Shown piece by piece: positions 21,520 through 34,215 of a stretch of 64,000 nucleotides of DNA (position 1 is its first letter; each line of letters opens with the position of its first letter). The DNA is from an uncultured Bacteroidota bacterium (lineage in GTDB: Bacteria; Bacteroidota; Bacteroidia; Bacteroidales; GCA-2748055). A model generated the notes under the pieces. The model was not told the origin of the DNA and did not search any database. It worked only from the letters and a program-made list of their open reading frames with translations. The stretch is from assembly GCA_963783435.1 (NCBI GenBank), contig CAWANQ010000014.1, positions 105,239 through 169,238 of the forward strand, read 5' to 3'. The translations under genes and the position numbers were made by a program.

Positions 21520-23946
21520 CCAAAACAAACGATACAATTTTAGACTATATAACAGAATTTGTTAAGGATCTTCTAAAGTACTGGTATGTGGTGGCTATTT
21601 CACTGGCCATAATGTAGGGGTTGCACTTTTTTATATCAAGTTTGCTGCGAAGACATATAAAGTGGGTGCTTCTGTGTTACTGAATACAGAGAGATCCAAT
21701 GCTTACGGGGCAAATTCAGATGACATGATGAGGGTTTATGAGCTGATTGAGCAGGATAAGAATCTTCAAAATGAGATCTATTTTCTTACAATCAACCCCT
21801 TTAATTAGATCGGTGGTTGAGGAGATGGATCTGCAGGTCTCCTACTATCTTCAGGAAGATAAAATTCCCAAAGAGCTTGAATTCAGTATGAAGGATCTAT
21901 ATGAAGAATCTCCATTTATTGTAATTCCTGAAAGAACCATCTTCAACCAGTCGAGTCTATTTTTATATCAGTATTCTGATGAGGAGAGCTGCCAGATCTC
22001 AGCTTTAAGCAGTGATGCAACTATTGTTGAATTTCAGTGAAGAATCTGTTATTATCCCATCAACACTGTTTCAACTTAGGTGGGACATATAAATTTGGGG
22101 AAGAGGTGAGTAATACCTTTACCTCCTTTCGGGTTCTGTTGAATTCAAATTATAATGCGGAAGAATACCTGGGCAAGGATCTTTTCTTCAAGTTTAATAC
22201 CAAAGAGTGCACTCACTGGAGATGTTTAAAAGCTCCCTGAGTGTGCAGGCTTCATCCATTGATGCAACCATGGTGGAGATGACTCTGAATATGCGATAAT
22301 GTGCAAAAAGGGATAGATTTTTTGAATGGATTGATATAACAGGTATATTGAAAATAACCTGGAGGAGAAGAAGTATCTTGCCAATAAAACCATAGAGCAT
22401 CTGGACTTTCAGCTATCAGATATTTCCGAATCTCTGGGTAGCTCTGAGCAGGAATTGCAAAATATCAGGCGTTCTTCAAGTGTAATGAATATTGATGAGA
22501 AAGCAGGAAACCTTTACAATCAAATGCAAAATTCTGAAGTGCAGAAGGATGAAATTGAACAAAGGCGAAATTATTTGTTGCAAATGGACGAGTATTTCTC
22601 ATCCAACAAGGATACCAGTGGATTTCTGGCTCCCTCGGCCATGGGACTGGATGATCCCCTGCTTAGCAGACTAATAGAAGAATTTACCACCTTGAATGCT
22701 GAACGCAGCAGATTATTAATAACAATCAACTCAGAAGTCCACGCTTGAGAACCCTGGATATTACCATCAATAACCTGAAGGAACAGATCAAAGAGAATCT
22801 CAAGTATGGAATCAACACCACCAATGCGCAGTTAAGTGAAATCAATGCTGAACTCAGGAAACTCAACAGAGAAAATTCGAGTTTGCCATTAACTCAAAGA
22901 AGGTTGCTGGGTATTGAAAGGAAATTTAACCTGAGCGAAAATGTATATATGTCACTTCTTGAGCAGAGAATACAGGCTCAGATAATAAAGGCCTCTACAT
23001 TGCCTGATTGTGAAGTTGTTGAACCGCCTCAGTATGCATCGGTTCACTCACCAAAAAAAATGATCATTCTGATTGCTGCCCTTTTCTTAGGTCTTTTATT
23101 TCCCTCTCTTTTTGTTCTGAGCAGGAAGTTATTTACTAGCAAGGTTCTGAATATGGAGGAATTGCGGAATTATACCAGTCTGTCACAGATAGGAAATATA
23201 CCTCTAAGCAGCAGGAGTACTATCAATTTGATCACGGAGCAGCCTAATTCCATTGCTGCAGAAGCATTTCAATCTCTTCGAAGCAATATTATCTATTACT
23301 TGATGGGTAAAAAAAACCAGGTGATTCTGGTCACATCCACCATGGAGGGAGAGGGTAAGTCCTATTCTGCACTGAATATTGCCAGCAGCCTGGCCGCTAC
23401 TAATAACAAGACTCTATTGCTGGAGTTTGACTTAAGAAGGCCAAGTGAACTCTATTCCAAACTGGGTATCAGAGGTCTTGTTGGGATCAGTTCCTATCTG
23501 ATTAACAAGGCAGAACTGGATGAGATCACCATCTCTTCTGTTGCTGGAGAACCTGGATATCATTCTGGCAGGACAGATCCCCCCCAATCCCATTGAATTA
23601 ATTTCAAGTGGGAAAACTGAATCTGCTCTTCCAGGAGCTGAGGAAAAAGTATGATTATATTATAATTGATACTCCTCCTTACGGCGTTTTGACCGATGCA
23701 TTTGTTCTCATGAAGTATGCCGATATCAAAATATATGTTTCAAGGCTCAGGCATGTGAAAAAGAAGATGCTTCTATCCAGCATTGAGGATATAGAGTCGA
23801 AGGGAATAGAAAATGTTCAGATCCTGATTAATGGGGATATACCCAAGCAGGGCTCATACGGAAAGTATTACACCACTCCCAAAAAGACCGGATTATTCAG
23901 TAAGAAGCAGGTTAGGAGGGATACTGGAGAAAAGACTTCAACTTAA
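21516..23946 (+). CDS. wzc: Polysaccharide co-polymerase / tyrosine autokinase (Wzc), multiple frameshifts
   Basis: N-terminal TM KYWYVV; coiled coil; AEAFQSLRSN; Walker A STMEGEGKS; EFDLRRP; YDYIIIDTPP; short tyrosine tail SYGKYY. Confidence 0.88.
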
Positions 23947-23974
23947 ATACTAACATTTAACAATTCAATAAGTC

Positions 23975-24748
23975 ATGAAAGCAGTACTCTTAGCTGGGGG
24001 ATTTGGCACCAGGATTAGTGAAGAAAGCGGGATCAGGCCAAAACCCATGGTCGAGGTAGGTGGAATGCCCATCCTCTGGCATATTATGAAGACCTACTCA
24101 CATTATGGAATCAATGAATTCATCATATGCCTTGGTTACAAGGGATATATGATCAAGGAGTATTTCGCCAACTATTTTCTCTATGTTTCAGATGTAACCT
24201 TTGACCTGAAATACAACTCCATGTCCATCCACAATGATCAGTCCGAACCCTGGAAGGTCACATTGATAGATACCGGACTTCAAACCATGACCGGAGGGCG
24301 ACTGAAGCGGGTTAGGGAGTATATTGGAAATGAAACATTTTGCATGACCTATGGAGATGGAGTCACCGATGTGAACATTGATGAACTGGTCAAGTTCCAT
24401 AAAGAGCAAAATCATTGCCACATTAACTGCTGTTCAGGAACCTGGAAGATTTGGCTCATTTACACTGGGTGATGATCATACCAAGGTCACCAATTTCAGG
24501 GAGAAGGTAAAGGACCATGATTCAGCCTGGATCAATGGAGGATACTTTGTATTGGAACCGACATCTTCGATTATATTGATCAGGATTCAACTGTCTTTGA
24601 AAGAGGGCCTATGGAAAAGCTATCCAAGAGTGGAAAGCTTGGGGCTTTTCAGCATCGGGGATTCTGGATGCCCATGGATACATTGAGAGACAGAAATGTG
24701 CTGGAAGAGATGTGGAGCAGTGAAAATCCTCCATGGAAAGTTTGGTAA
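23975..24748 (+). CDS. rfbF: Glucose-1-phosphate cytidylyltransferase (frameshifted)
   Basis: [58 protein letters not shown], ...PPWKVW*. Confidence 0.93.
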
Positions 24749-24772
24749 TACTATATTTTTAACTGTAATTTA

Positions 24773-25863
24773 ATGGTTCTGAACTATTTCAATTTATCGG
24801 GATAAGAGGGTACTGGTAACAGGGCATACTGGATTTAAGGGAGGATGGCTCAGCCAGTGGCTTATCTCTCTGGGTGCAGAGTTTCTGGAATCGCCCTTCC
24901 TCCCGAAGGAGAGATTTCACTATTTGATCAGCTTCAACTGGAAAATAAACTTAATCATCACATCTGTGATATCCGGGGATTCGAGCCATTAAAGGAATTA
25001 CTTGAAATTCATCAGACCTGATATTATATTTCACCTGGCAGCCCAGCCTTTGGTGAGGGAATCATACAATACCCCACTGAGAAACTGTTGAGACCAACGT
25101 GATGGGTACTTTAATTTGTTGGAGGCGGTCCGGACACTTGAGCCTTCCACCACCATTGTTGTGATTACCTCTGATAAAAGTTATGAGAACCAGGAGTGGA
25201 TGTTTGGTTACCGGGAAAATGATCCCATGGGAGGATATGATCCCTACTCGGCCAGCAAAGGGGCCTGTGAAGTTTTGACAGCATCCTGGAGAGCTCATTT
25301 TTTAATCCGGCCGACTATTCAAAACATGGTGTAAAACTTGCCACAGTAGGGCGGGCAATGTGATAGGGGGAGGAGACTGGGCTACTGACGGATTGTTCCT
25401 GATTGCATGCGTGCGCTATTGGCTGATCAAGCTATCCATGTTCGAAATCCTCTGGCAACCAGGCCCTGGCAACACGTTCTTGAACCCTTAGGAGGCTACC
25501 TTAGAATGGGTGAAAAACTTTTATCCACCGAACAAGAGACTGAACTGAAGACTATTGTGCACCTTTTAATTTTGGACCCTTGATTGGATCCAACAAGACT
25601 GTGGAGAGTCTGGTTGAGGAGGTGATTACTCGTATGGGGTAAGGGAAAGTGGACCTATGAAAAGCAACATGCAGTTCACGAAGCTTCACTGTTTGAATCT
25701 CACCATCGATAAGGCCTACCATTTGCTAGGATGGTATCCGGTATGGAATTTTAAAGAGACCATAAAACGAACCGTTGAATGGTACCGAAATTACAAAGAG
25801 GATCCCTGATCAATCCCAGAGCTTACTCTGCAGCAGATCAGGGAGTATTCTGACGTTATTTAA
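24773..25863 (+). CDS. rfbG: CDP-glucose 4,6-dehydratase (multiple frameshifts)
   Basis: VLVTGHTGFKGGWL, FHLAAQPLV, ITSDKSYEN, GGYDPYSASK, GNVIGGGDW, RPWQHVLEPL, FNFGP. Confidence 0.9.
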
Positions 25864-25884
25864 GTTGAAATAAGAATTAAATAC

Positions 25885-27202
25885 ATGATTATGAAATTTA
25901 CCAAATCACTCCAGCTACAGAAAAAATTCAATGATACAATCCCCGGAGGGAGTCACACTTATGCCAAGGGAGACGATCAGTATCCCGAGTTTATGCCACC
26001 CTATATAGAAAGGGGCAAGGGATGCCATATTTGGGATATTGACGGGAATGAGTTTATAGAATATGGCATGGGATTAAGAAGTGTTACCCTGGGTCATGGC
26101 TTTGAGCCCATTGTGGAAGCAGCATATAAGCAGATGCAAATTGGGAATAACTTTGTGCGTCCGGCCAAAATAGAACTGGAATGTGCCGAAGAGTTTTTAA
26201 GTGTGATTGATGGTGCTGACATGGTTAAATTTTCCAAAGATGGATCGGATGCCACCAATGGTGCTGTAAAACTGGCCCGTGCACATACAGGAAGGGATAT
26301 GGTGGCAGTCTGCGCCAACCACCCATTCTTTTCGGTAGATGACTGGTTTATAGGAACCACGCCCATGTCGGCTGGAATTCCGGATGTCGGTGAAAGAGAT
26401 GACGGTCAAGTTCTTTTATAACGATATGGAAAGCGTCGAAGGGATGTTTGCAAGAGTATCCCGGTAAAATTTCCTGCGTAATTCTTGAAGCTGAAAAATA
26501 TGCACCTCCCGAAGATAATTTCCTTCATAAATTAAAGGATGTAGCCCATAAGAATGGGGCTCTCTTTATTCTGGATGAAATGATCACCGGATTCAGATGG
26601 CACCTGGGTGGTGCTCAGAAGAAGTATGATATTGTACCCGACCTCTCCACTTTTGGCAAAGCCCTTGGGAATGGTTTTGCCATCTCTGCGCTGGCAGGGA
26701 AAAGGGAGTTTATGGAACTGGGGGGACTGCATCATAACAAGGAGCGTGTGTTTCTGATCTCCACCACCCATGGAGCTGAGAATCATGCATTGGCTGCAGC
26801 CATTGCAAATATTAAATTCTTCAAAGAGAATAAGGTGATTGAAAGGTTGGATGAACAGGGCCGTAAGCTGAAGGAGGGAGTAAATAAGGCTTCCAAGAAC
26901 TGGGCCTTAATAATCATATAAGGATTATAGGTCCCAATTGCTGCTCGGTTTATACCACCAGAGATCAGGATGGAAAACCTTCACAACCTTTCCGTACACT
27001 TTTTATCCAGGAGTCTATGAAACGAGGATTATTAATGCCCTCAAGCATAGTATCCTATTCACATTCTGATCGGGATATTGAGGAAACAATCGAAAAAATG
27101 GCAGAGGCCATGGTGGTATATAAAAATGCACTGGAAGAGGGTGTGGAGAAGTACCTTGTGGGAAGACCTGTTGCACCCGTTTTTAGAAAATACAACAATT
27201 AA
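25885..27202 (+). CDS. Class III PLP aminotransferase (glutamate-1-semialdehyde aminomutase-like), frameshifted
   Basis: IPGGSHTYAKGDDQYP, FSKDGSDAT, ILDEMITGFRW, STFGKALGNG, STTHGAE. Confidence 0.88.
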
Positions 27203-27747
27203 TGAATCCATTCGAACTGATTCCTACCGGTATTGAAGGATGTTTTGAAATCAAACCCAGGATATTTGAAGATCAGCGGGGTAAATTTGTAAAGCTGTTT
27301 CATCAGGGATTTTTTCCGTGAACTGGGACTTCAAACGGTTTATGAAGAGGAGTACTATTCGGTATCTCCTGCCAGGGTGATCAGGGGATTGCATTTCCAG
27401 GTCCCTCCAAAGGAACATGTAAAACTGGTAAGTTGTTTGCAGGGATCCATTCTGGATGTGGTTTATGACCTTAGAAAGAGAGCCCCTCACTGGGCAGGTA
27501 TATTTCACTGGAACTCAGTTCTGAAAAGGGAAATATGCTGTATGTGCCTGAAGGATTGGCACATGGATTTTATGTGATGAGTGAAAAGGCTACCTTTCTG
27601 TCCATGAATTCAAGAAAGTTTGCACCAGAGTGCGACAGAGGGATCCGATGGGACTCCATACCTTTTGATTGGCCCGATAAGGATCCCATCGTTTCGGAAA
27701 AGGATAGCAATATGGTATCACTGGAGGAATTCCAAAATCCATTTTGA
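27202..27747 (+). CDS. rfbC: NDP-4-keto-6-deoxyhexose 3,5-epimerase (RmlC/RfbC cupin), copy 1, frameshifted
   Basis: DQRGKF, IRGLHFQ, VKLVSC, DVVYDLR, GLAHGF, GIRWD. Confidence 0.82.
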
Positions 27748-27753
27748 AGCACG

Positions 27754-28300
27754 ATGAAATTAGTAGAAACAGATATCGAGGGATGTTATCGAAGTCTATC
27801 CCCTTGAATTTGAAGGATCACCGGGGACGATTTGTAAAACCTTATCACAGGATGATTTTAAAGAGGCAGGTCTGGATTTTGACATGTCGGAGGAGTATTA
27901 TTCGGTCTCAAAAAAGAATGTCATAAGAGGAATGCATTTCCAGCTGCCGCCTAAGGCCACCATCAAAGGAGTGACCTGTCTGAGTGGCGCCATTTTTGAT
28001 GTGGTGGTAGATCTGCGGGTGGATTCACCCACTTATAAGCATCATTTTTCCGTTGAATTGAGTCGAGGAGAAGGGGAATATGCTCTATATTCCAAAGGGA
28101 CTGGCCCATGGATTTTGCACCTTAAGCGAGGAAGCATTAGTTTTATACATGTGTTCTGAAGTATATTCTCCGGAGCATGACACAGGAATCAAATGGAAAT
28201 CTGCCGGTATATTCGTGGCCGGTAAGAGGATCCCATCGTCTCAGATAAAGACAATGAGCTAATTGGGCTTGACCAGTTTGAATCTACTTTTAAGTTATAA
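27754..28300 (+). CDS. rfbC: RmlC/RfbC epimerase, copy 2, frameshifted
   Basis: DHRGRF, IRGMHFQ, DVVVDLR, GLAHGF, LYMCSEVYSPEHDTGIKW. Confidence 0.82.
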
Positions 28301-28318
28301 CAATAAAGAAATATATTT

Positions 28319-29614
28319 ATGATCATTGCTGACACCAAACTAGAAGAGAGACAAAAAGCAGGAAATCCCATAAGGGCAGGATTTGTTGGAGCCGGAATGA
28401 TGTCGAAAGCCATTTTGAACCTGATTAGAAAACAGATTCCGGGAATAAGGGTGGCGGCTATCTCCAACCGGACATTGAGCAAAGCGAAGGAAGTATTTGA
28501 GTTTGCGGGTGTCAAAAACATTAAACATGTTGAATCGGTCAGTGCTTTAAACAGAATTATTGAGCAGGGGGGAGTTGGAATTACCGAGGACTATGCCTTG
28601 CTCTGCGAGAGTGGTTACATTGATGTTCTGATGGACATCACTGGGATTGTTGAGTTTGGAGTTGAACTGCTGGAGAACGCTTTCGAACATGGAAAAGATA
28701 TTCTCACCTTCAATGCCGAGTTGGATTCTACCCTCGGACCCATATTGAGTGTTCATGCCGACCGGGCTGGAGTCGTATACAGTGCAAGTGATGGAGATCA
28801 GCCCGGAGTGACCATGAACCTGGTCAGGTTTGTAGAAGGATTGGGCTTAACGCCCAGGCTGGCTGGAAATGTGAAAGGATTGCAGGATCCCTATCGCAAT
28901 CCAACTACCCAGGAGGAATTTGCCAAATATTGGGGCATGGGCCCCGAGAAGGCAACCAGTTTTGCCGATGGTACAAAAATGAATATGGAACAGGCCTGTG
29001 TGGCAAATGCCACAGGGTTTAAAGTTGCAAAGCGGGGTATGCTGGGATATGAATTTGATGGTCATGTGGATGATATGACTGGAATGTATGACTATGAACA
29101 GTTGAAGGAACTGGGAGGGATTATTGACTTTGCTCTTGGTGCTAAGCCAGGTCCGGCTGTTTTTGTTTATGGATCCATTGAAGATGAATTATCGAGGCAT
29201 CACCTCGACTATTATAAATTGGGAAAAGGACCCCTCTATAGCTTCTATACCCCTTATCACCTCTGTATTTTTGCAGTACCTTCATCCATTGCAAGGGTGG
29301 TTGATCTCAGGGATCACATTCTGAAACCAAAGGCCGGGTCGGTGGTTGAGGTGATTTCAAAGGCCAAAACTGATCTGAAGGCTGGATCTATGCTGGATGG
29401 TCCTGGTTTTTATACCTTATATGGTGAGTGTGAAAACCACGATGTGGTTCAGCATGAAAATTTACTCCCTATTGGGCTCACTGAATCTGGTGTCAAGCTA
29501 AAAAGAGCTATCCAGAAAGATCAGGCGCTTACCTTTGATGATGTGGAGTTTGATGAAAACAGGAAGATCTTCCAGCTCTACAAAGAGCAATTGGACTATT
29601 TCAGAGTTCCTTAA
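28319..29614 (+). CDS. NAD(P)-dependent oxidoreductase with C-terminal SAF domain (homoserine-dehydrogenase-like)
   Basis: AGFVGAGMM Rossmann fold; GDQPG; TSFADGTK; YTPYHL; AKTDLKAGSMLDGPG...LLPIGL SAF domain. Confidence 0.85.
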   Translation: MIIADTKLEERQKAGNPIRAGFVGAGMMSKAILNLIRKQIPGIRVAAISNRTLSKAKEVFEFAGVKNIKHVESVSALNRIIEQGGVGITEDYALLCESGYIDVLMDITGIVEFGVELLENAFEHGKDILTFNAELDSTLGPILSVHADRAGVVYSASDGDQPGVTMNLVRFVEGLGLTPRLAGNVKGLQDPYRNPTTQEEFAKYWGMGPEKATSFADGTKMNMEQACVANATGFKVAKRGMLGYEFDGHVDDMTGMYDYEQLKELGGIIDFALGAKPGPAVFVYGSIEDELSRHHLDYYKLGKGPLYSFYTPYHLCIFAVPSSIARVVDLRDHILKPKAGSVVEVISKAKTDLKAGSMLDGPGFYTLYGECENHDVVQHENLLPIGLTESGVKLKRAIQKDQALTFDDVEFDENRKIFQLYKEQLDYFRVP

Positions 29615-30644
29615 TACTTCAGATGCTTTCGGAAGAATTCATCCATTTTCCTGTGTGCCAACTTTGATTCTGGCAGCTCAGAGTTTATCTCCTGGAATAC
29701 ATGCCACATTCCTTCATATAGATCTAGCTTGACTGTAACACCAGATTGATCCATGGCCTGGTATAAGCGGACAAAAGTACTCAGAAAGATCTCCTTGGTA
29801 CCGCCCTGTATTAATGCAGGAGGGAATCCCTTGCTATAATCGGCATACACCGGGGAAATATATGGATCTTTGTGATCCTCTTTATTGGCATACGCCAGTG
29901 CAGCCTTCTCCAGGGCCATAGGAGCGTTCATGTGTGGATCGGCATGTTTAAGGGTCTCATAGGTGTCACCGGTTGATGTAATGTCTGCCCATGGGGAAAT
30001 AAGAACAACTGCAGCGGGCGTCCCAATCCCCATGTCGCGCATTTTTAATACACTTCCTGCAGTTAAGGCTCCGCCTGCGGAGTCACCGTACATGCCAATG
30101 TCACTAAATTGATATCCACCTGCCACCAGAGATTCAACGACTGCAATAACCTGATCCAGGATCTCTTCCGATCTGGCTCTGGGAGCATTGGTATAATCAA
30201 TGGAGATAATGCGCATTTTTAATCTGTCTGCAACCGGAACTGAGCCCATAAGCATACTCCTGCACTAAATAATACATAGGCGCCTCCATGCGTGTAAACC
30301 AGGACTTTATGATTGTCCTGCCATCCCTTTGGAATGATGTCTAAAACAGGAATGCCTCCCATAACCGTATCAATAATGGTTGGATTGTAAAGGCCCACAA
30401 TGGAGTCGTTATAAGCTTTCCAATTTCTTTCATTGTCTTCCCAGTATGCCAGCCATGTCTCAAGATCCTCTGCTGCAGGCCAGGGATTCCGATCTCTGAC
30501 TTTAAATGATCTGATTACTTCCTGTGCTTCAGAAGAGACAGTTTCAGGAACGTAAAAATCACTTGATTTTGTTTCGTTTTCTATCTGGATGCAGGAGCTT
30601 AGAACGGATACTATCAGTGCAAGTAAGATGAAATTTGGTCTCAT
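29611..30644 (-). CDS. Alpha/beta hydrolase (HSL-family esterase) lipoprotein, frameshift near 30255
   Basis: Lipobox VLSSC; THGGAY; GDSAGG nucleophile elbow; EGMWHVF. Confidence 0.85.
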
Positions 30645-31016
30645 ATTTAACAACTTTGCGATAATTCTGTTAATAGTGCATATGTAATGAAACTTTTTCT
30701 ACGATAATAAGTATAAAAAGTTTGTGAAGATATGAATAATATATACCAAAATAGTTTAGATCTAATGCAACCAATTCACACTGGTTTTAGTCATCATAAT
30801 CGTTGATCGTATGTCAAACTTTTCTTTGCATTTGTCAAATCAATTTAACTAAATATCTCAGGCTATCGTAAGAAAAGATGTCATTATCAAGATTTGTCAG
30901 AGGTTCGGTACAATCAATCAAACAGAATAAACCGTAACAACTAAAAGAGTTATTTTTGTATTGAAGAAGTAACATAAAATATTAGAATTACGAAGTATTA
31001 CTAAAAATTAAACATA

Positions 31017-34000
31017 ATGAAAAAGATTTATCATTTGTCAATCTTGCTTTTGCTGATGTTTATAAGCATCGGAATTGTTTATTCACAGACCTGTCCAACA
31101 GATATGGTCGCTTACTGGAAGATGGAAGAGGTCGGATCTACTGTATTGAGCGATTATATTAGTAATCATGATGCAAATAGTTCAAGTATTCTGGCCAATG
31201 TGATGACTGGTAAGGTGGGAAGTGCCAAGTATTTTGATGGGACTACATCTGCTAGTGTGAGCAATCACCCTGATTTTGCTTTTCCTTCAGGAGGAAGTTT
31301 CTCAGTTGAATTCTGGGCAAAAATTCCTTCTATAAGTTCGGGAGTCAAGGTATTGATTGGAAAACGTGATTCAAATTCTTCAGGAGCATACTGGTTTGTG
31401 GCTATAAATTCTTCCGGAAGATACACCTTTGAGATTCAGGATTCAGGTGGCGGATTCAGGGAGATAACTAGCTCAGCATCAGCGAAATACGGAGCGTGGC
31501 AGCATATTGTTGCAGTCAGAGATGAAGCCACAAATGGAAACTACCTTTACATTGACGGAGTTATGGTGGCTTCCAGCATCATAAACTACACTGGAAGTTT
31601 CACCTCAGACGGACCAATCACACTGGGTTCTTTCAATAACTCTTCCGGTATTCCTTCTTACTTCTACACTGGGAGTCTGGATGAAGTAGCCATCTATAAA
31701 AGGGCACTACCTTCTTCAGAAGTGATCGCTCATAAGCAAAAAGCTGACGATGGGATCGGGTATTGTGATGGATTCTCTCCATCCTTTATCTCCACCCCTG
31801 AAGTAAAGGCGACTGTGAATACACTTTACACATATACCGCCCGTGCCACAGGTTTGCAGACTAATATGCGTTATACCTTACTTCAGAGGCCGGTTGGGAT
31901 GAACATTGATGAGATAAGCGGTCAAATCAGCTGGGTTCCCTCCAGTGTAAGTGATGATGGCTATGTTTCTATTTTGGCAAGTAATGGCACTCCGCCTGCT
32001 GATACTCAAAGTTTCAGGATCTTTGTGGGAGAGGCTCCCGATTGTCCATTCGGAATGTCTGTATTGCTGAGACTTGATGAATCATCCGGTCCTGAGTATG
32101 CGGATTTTTATGGTGAACACAATGCTATCTCCACAGTTTCCCCAACTGCTACCGGTGGAATAGTTGGCGGAGGACAGATATTTGGAGCAGAAACAACTAT
32201 GGATATCCCCGACAATGGAACTGAGTTTGACTGGGGATACACAGATAACTGGTCCATTGAATTTTGGATGAAAAGCACTACCTCAGGTGCACAGGTTATT
32301 GCCGGACGTTACAGAACGGACGAGTTTGAGGACCGTGCCAAGTGGTGGGTTGGAGTTGGTGAAACCGGACTGGCTACTTTCTACTTGCAGGATAACAGCG
32401 AGACGCATAAAGAATTTTGAAATTTCCGGCGGACCCTATTTGCCAGATGGCCAGTGGCACCATATCATTGCTGTAAGAGCGGGATCTTCCCAGCAAAACA
32501 TCCTTATATGTGGATGGAGTTGAAGTCGCCTCCGCAAGTACCGATTATAAAAACTCATTCAGGATGGACCTGCCTGAACCAATTTCAGTAGGTTATTACA
32601 GAAGGGCCAGTGCGGGAGACAATGCATATCACTATACTGGCGTTGTTGATGAATTTGCTATTTTCAACACAGCTGTTCAGGCTGCAGATGCTAGCCGCTT
32701 CTATAATATGGGGGAGCCAACTGGTCATTGTACACCTGGGAACTATGCACCTGTTATTCTTTCTACTCCGATAACAGAGGCTACGCAGGATGAGGAATAT
32801 TCCTATACTTTCGAAGTGGATGAAGCAGATCCGGGTGATCCCCTGACTTTATCCGCACCCTTAAAGCCAGGTTGGTTGAATTTCACCTATGTGGCAGGTC
32901 AAAAGACAGCCCTGCTATCCGGCACGCCAGGAAATGATGACGTTGGACTTCCTGCTGATGTAACCCTTAGCGTTACTGATGGACAGGCCATAGTGAATCA
33001 GAATTTCACAATAAATATCAACAATGTGAATGATCTGCCAGAAGTTACAAGCATACCTGTAGATACGGTGGATGAAGATGTCTATTATACCTATACACTC
33101 ACCGTGGAAGATGCAGATCCAGATGATGTGATCACCATGACCGCTATAGCCAAGCCTGACTGGATGTCATTCACCCATAATCCGGGGGCTAAAACAGCGA
33201 TCCTTGAGGGGACTCCCACAAATGATCATACAGGTAACAGTACCATTAATATTTCTATCGGAGACGGTACAGCCACTATATCAGAGATTTATACCCTTTA
33301 TGTGGTTCCTATCAATGATGTGCCTGTGATTACAGGTCAGAATGACCTGTCTGTCAAGGAAGATAAGACCATCGGTCTATCCGTAACGGATCTGGTGATT
33401 AATGATGAGGACAACTCCTCAAGTCAGCTTACAATAAATGTGCTTGCAGGAAATAAGTATACCGTTCAGGGCAATGTGGTCAGACCAGAAGAGAATTTCT
33501 TCGGAACCATATCTGTACCTGTGACAGTAAGCGACCTGGAGTCCGAAAGTGATCTCTTCAATGTGATCATCACGGTAGAGTCGGTTAACGATATTCCTAT
33601 GTTCACTTCCCAGCCTGATCTGGTTATTGAGACAAATCGTTTATATGCTTATTCAATGGATGCAGAAGATGCGGATGGTGACAACCTGACCTTTGCAGCC
33701 GAAGTATTGCCAGGCTGGTTGACTTTCTATCCTTCTAATGAGCTTATTACCGGAACCCCCAGGACCAGTGACCAGGGTGAGCATCTTGTTATTCTTTCTG
33801 TCTCAGATGGAGTGATTGAAATGGAACAGCAATTTGTACTTGATGTTAATTTCCCTGCGGGAATTGAGGATCAAGCAGCTTCAGAGATTAAACTTTATCC
33901 TTCCCCGGCCACAAGTGTACTTCACATGGAAGTTGATGTGTTGCAGGAAGATGCTGTTGCAAGTATTTATAACAGTGGAGGAACACTGGTGAAAACCATA

Positions 34001-34124
34001 GATGATTTCGGCCAGTACAGAGAAGACCAGTTTTGAGGTTTCAGAACTAAGCAGTGGAAGCTATTACTGTGTACTTCGAAACAGTCAGATTGAACATACA
34101 GTGAAGTTCCTGATTAGTAAATAG
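31017..34124 (+). CDS. T9SS-secreted protein: two LamG-like domains, cadherin/Ig-like repeats and a CTD (frameshifts near 32420-32510 and 34010)
   Basis: Signal peptide; FSVEFW...WQHIVAVRD...YIDG...GSLDEVAIY twice; YTYT...PxWL...GTP and NDxP repeats; KLYPSPATS...SGSYY CTD. Confidence 0.82.
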
Positions 34125-34148
34125 GAGATTACACTTTAGTGAAATACG

Positions 34149-34188
34149 TAATTAAGGGCCCAATCATTGTTGAATGGGTCCTTAATTA
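34149..34188 (+). terminator. Inverted repeat / probable intrinsic terminator
   Basis: TAATTAAGGGCCCA...TGGGTCCTTAATTA (14-bp stem, one mismatch) 25 bp after the stop codon. Confidence 0.5.
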
Positions 34189-34215
34189 TTTGAATATAAA
34201 TTAATGCGCAAGTAA

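Noticed and set aside
25885-27202. hemL (tetrapyrrole synthesis)
   Set aside because: The context is nucleotide-sugar genes, and the N-terminus (GGSHTYAKGDDQ) differs from HemL (GGVNSPVR).
28319-29614. Homoserine dehydrogenase of amino-acid synthesis
   Set aside because: It has a C-terminal SAF domain and sits among sugar-nucleotide genes, so it belongs to the related uncharacterised oxidoreductase family.
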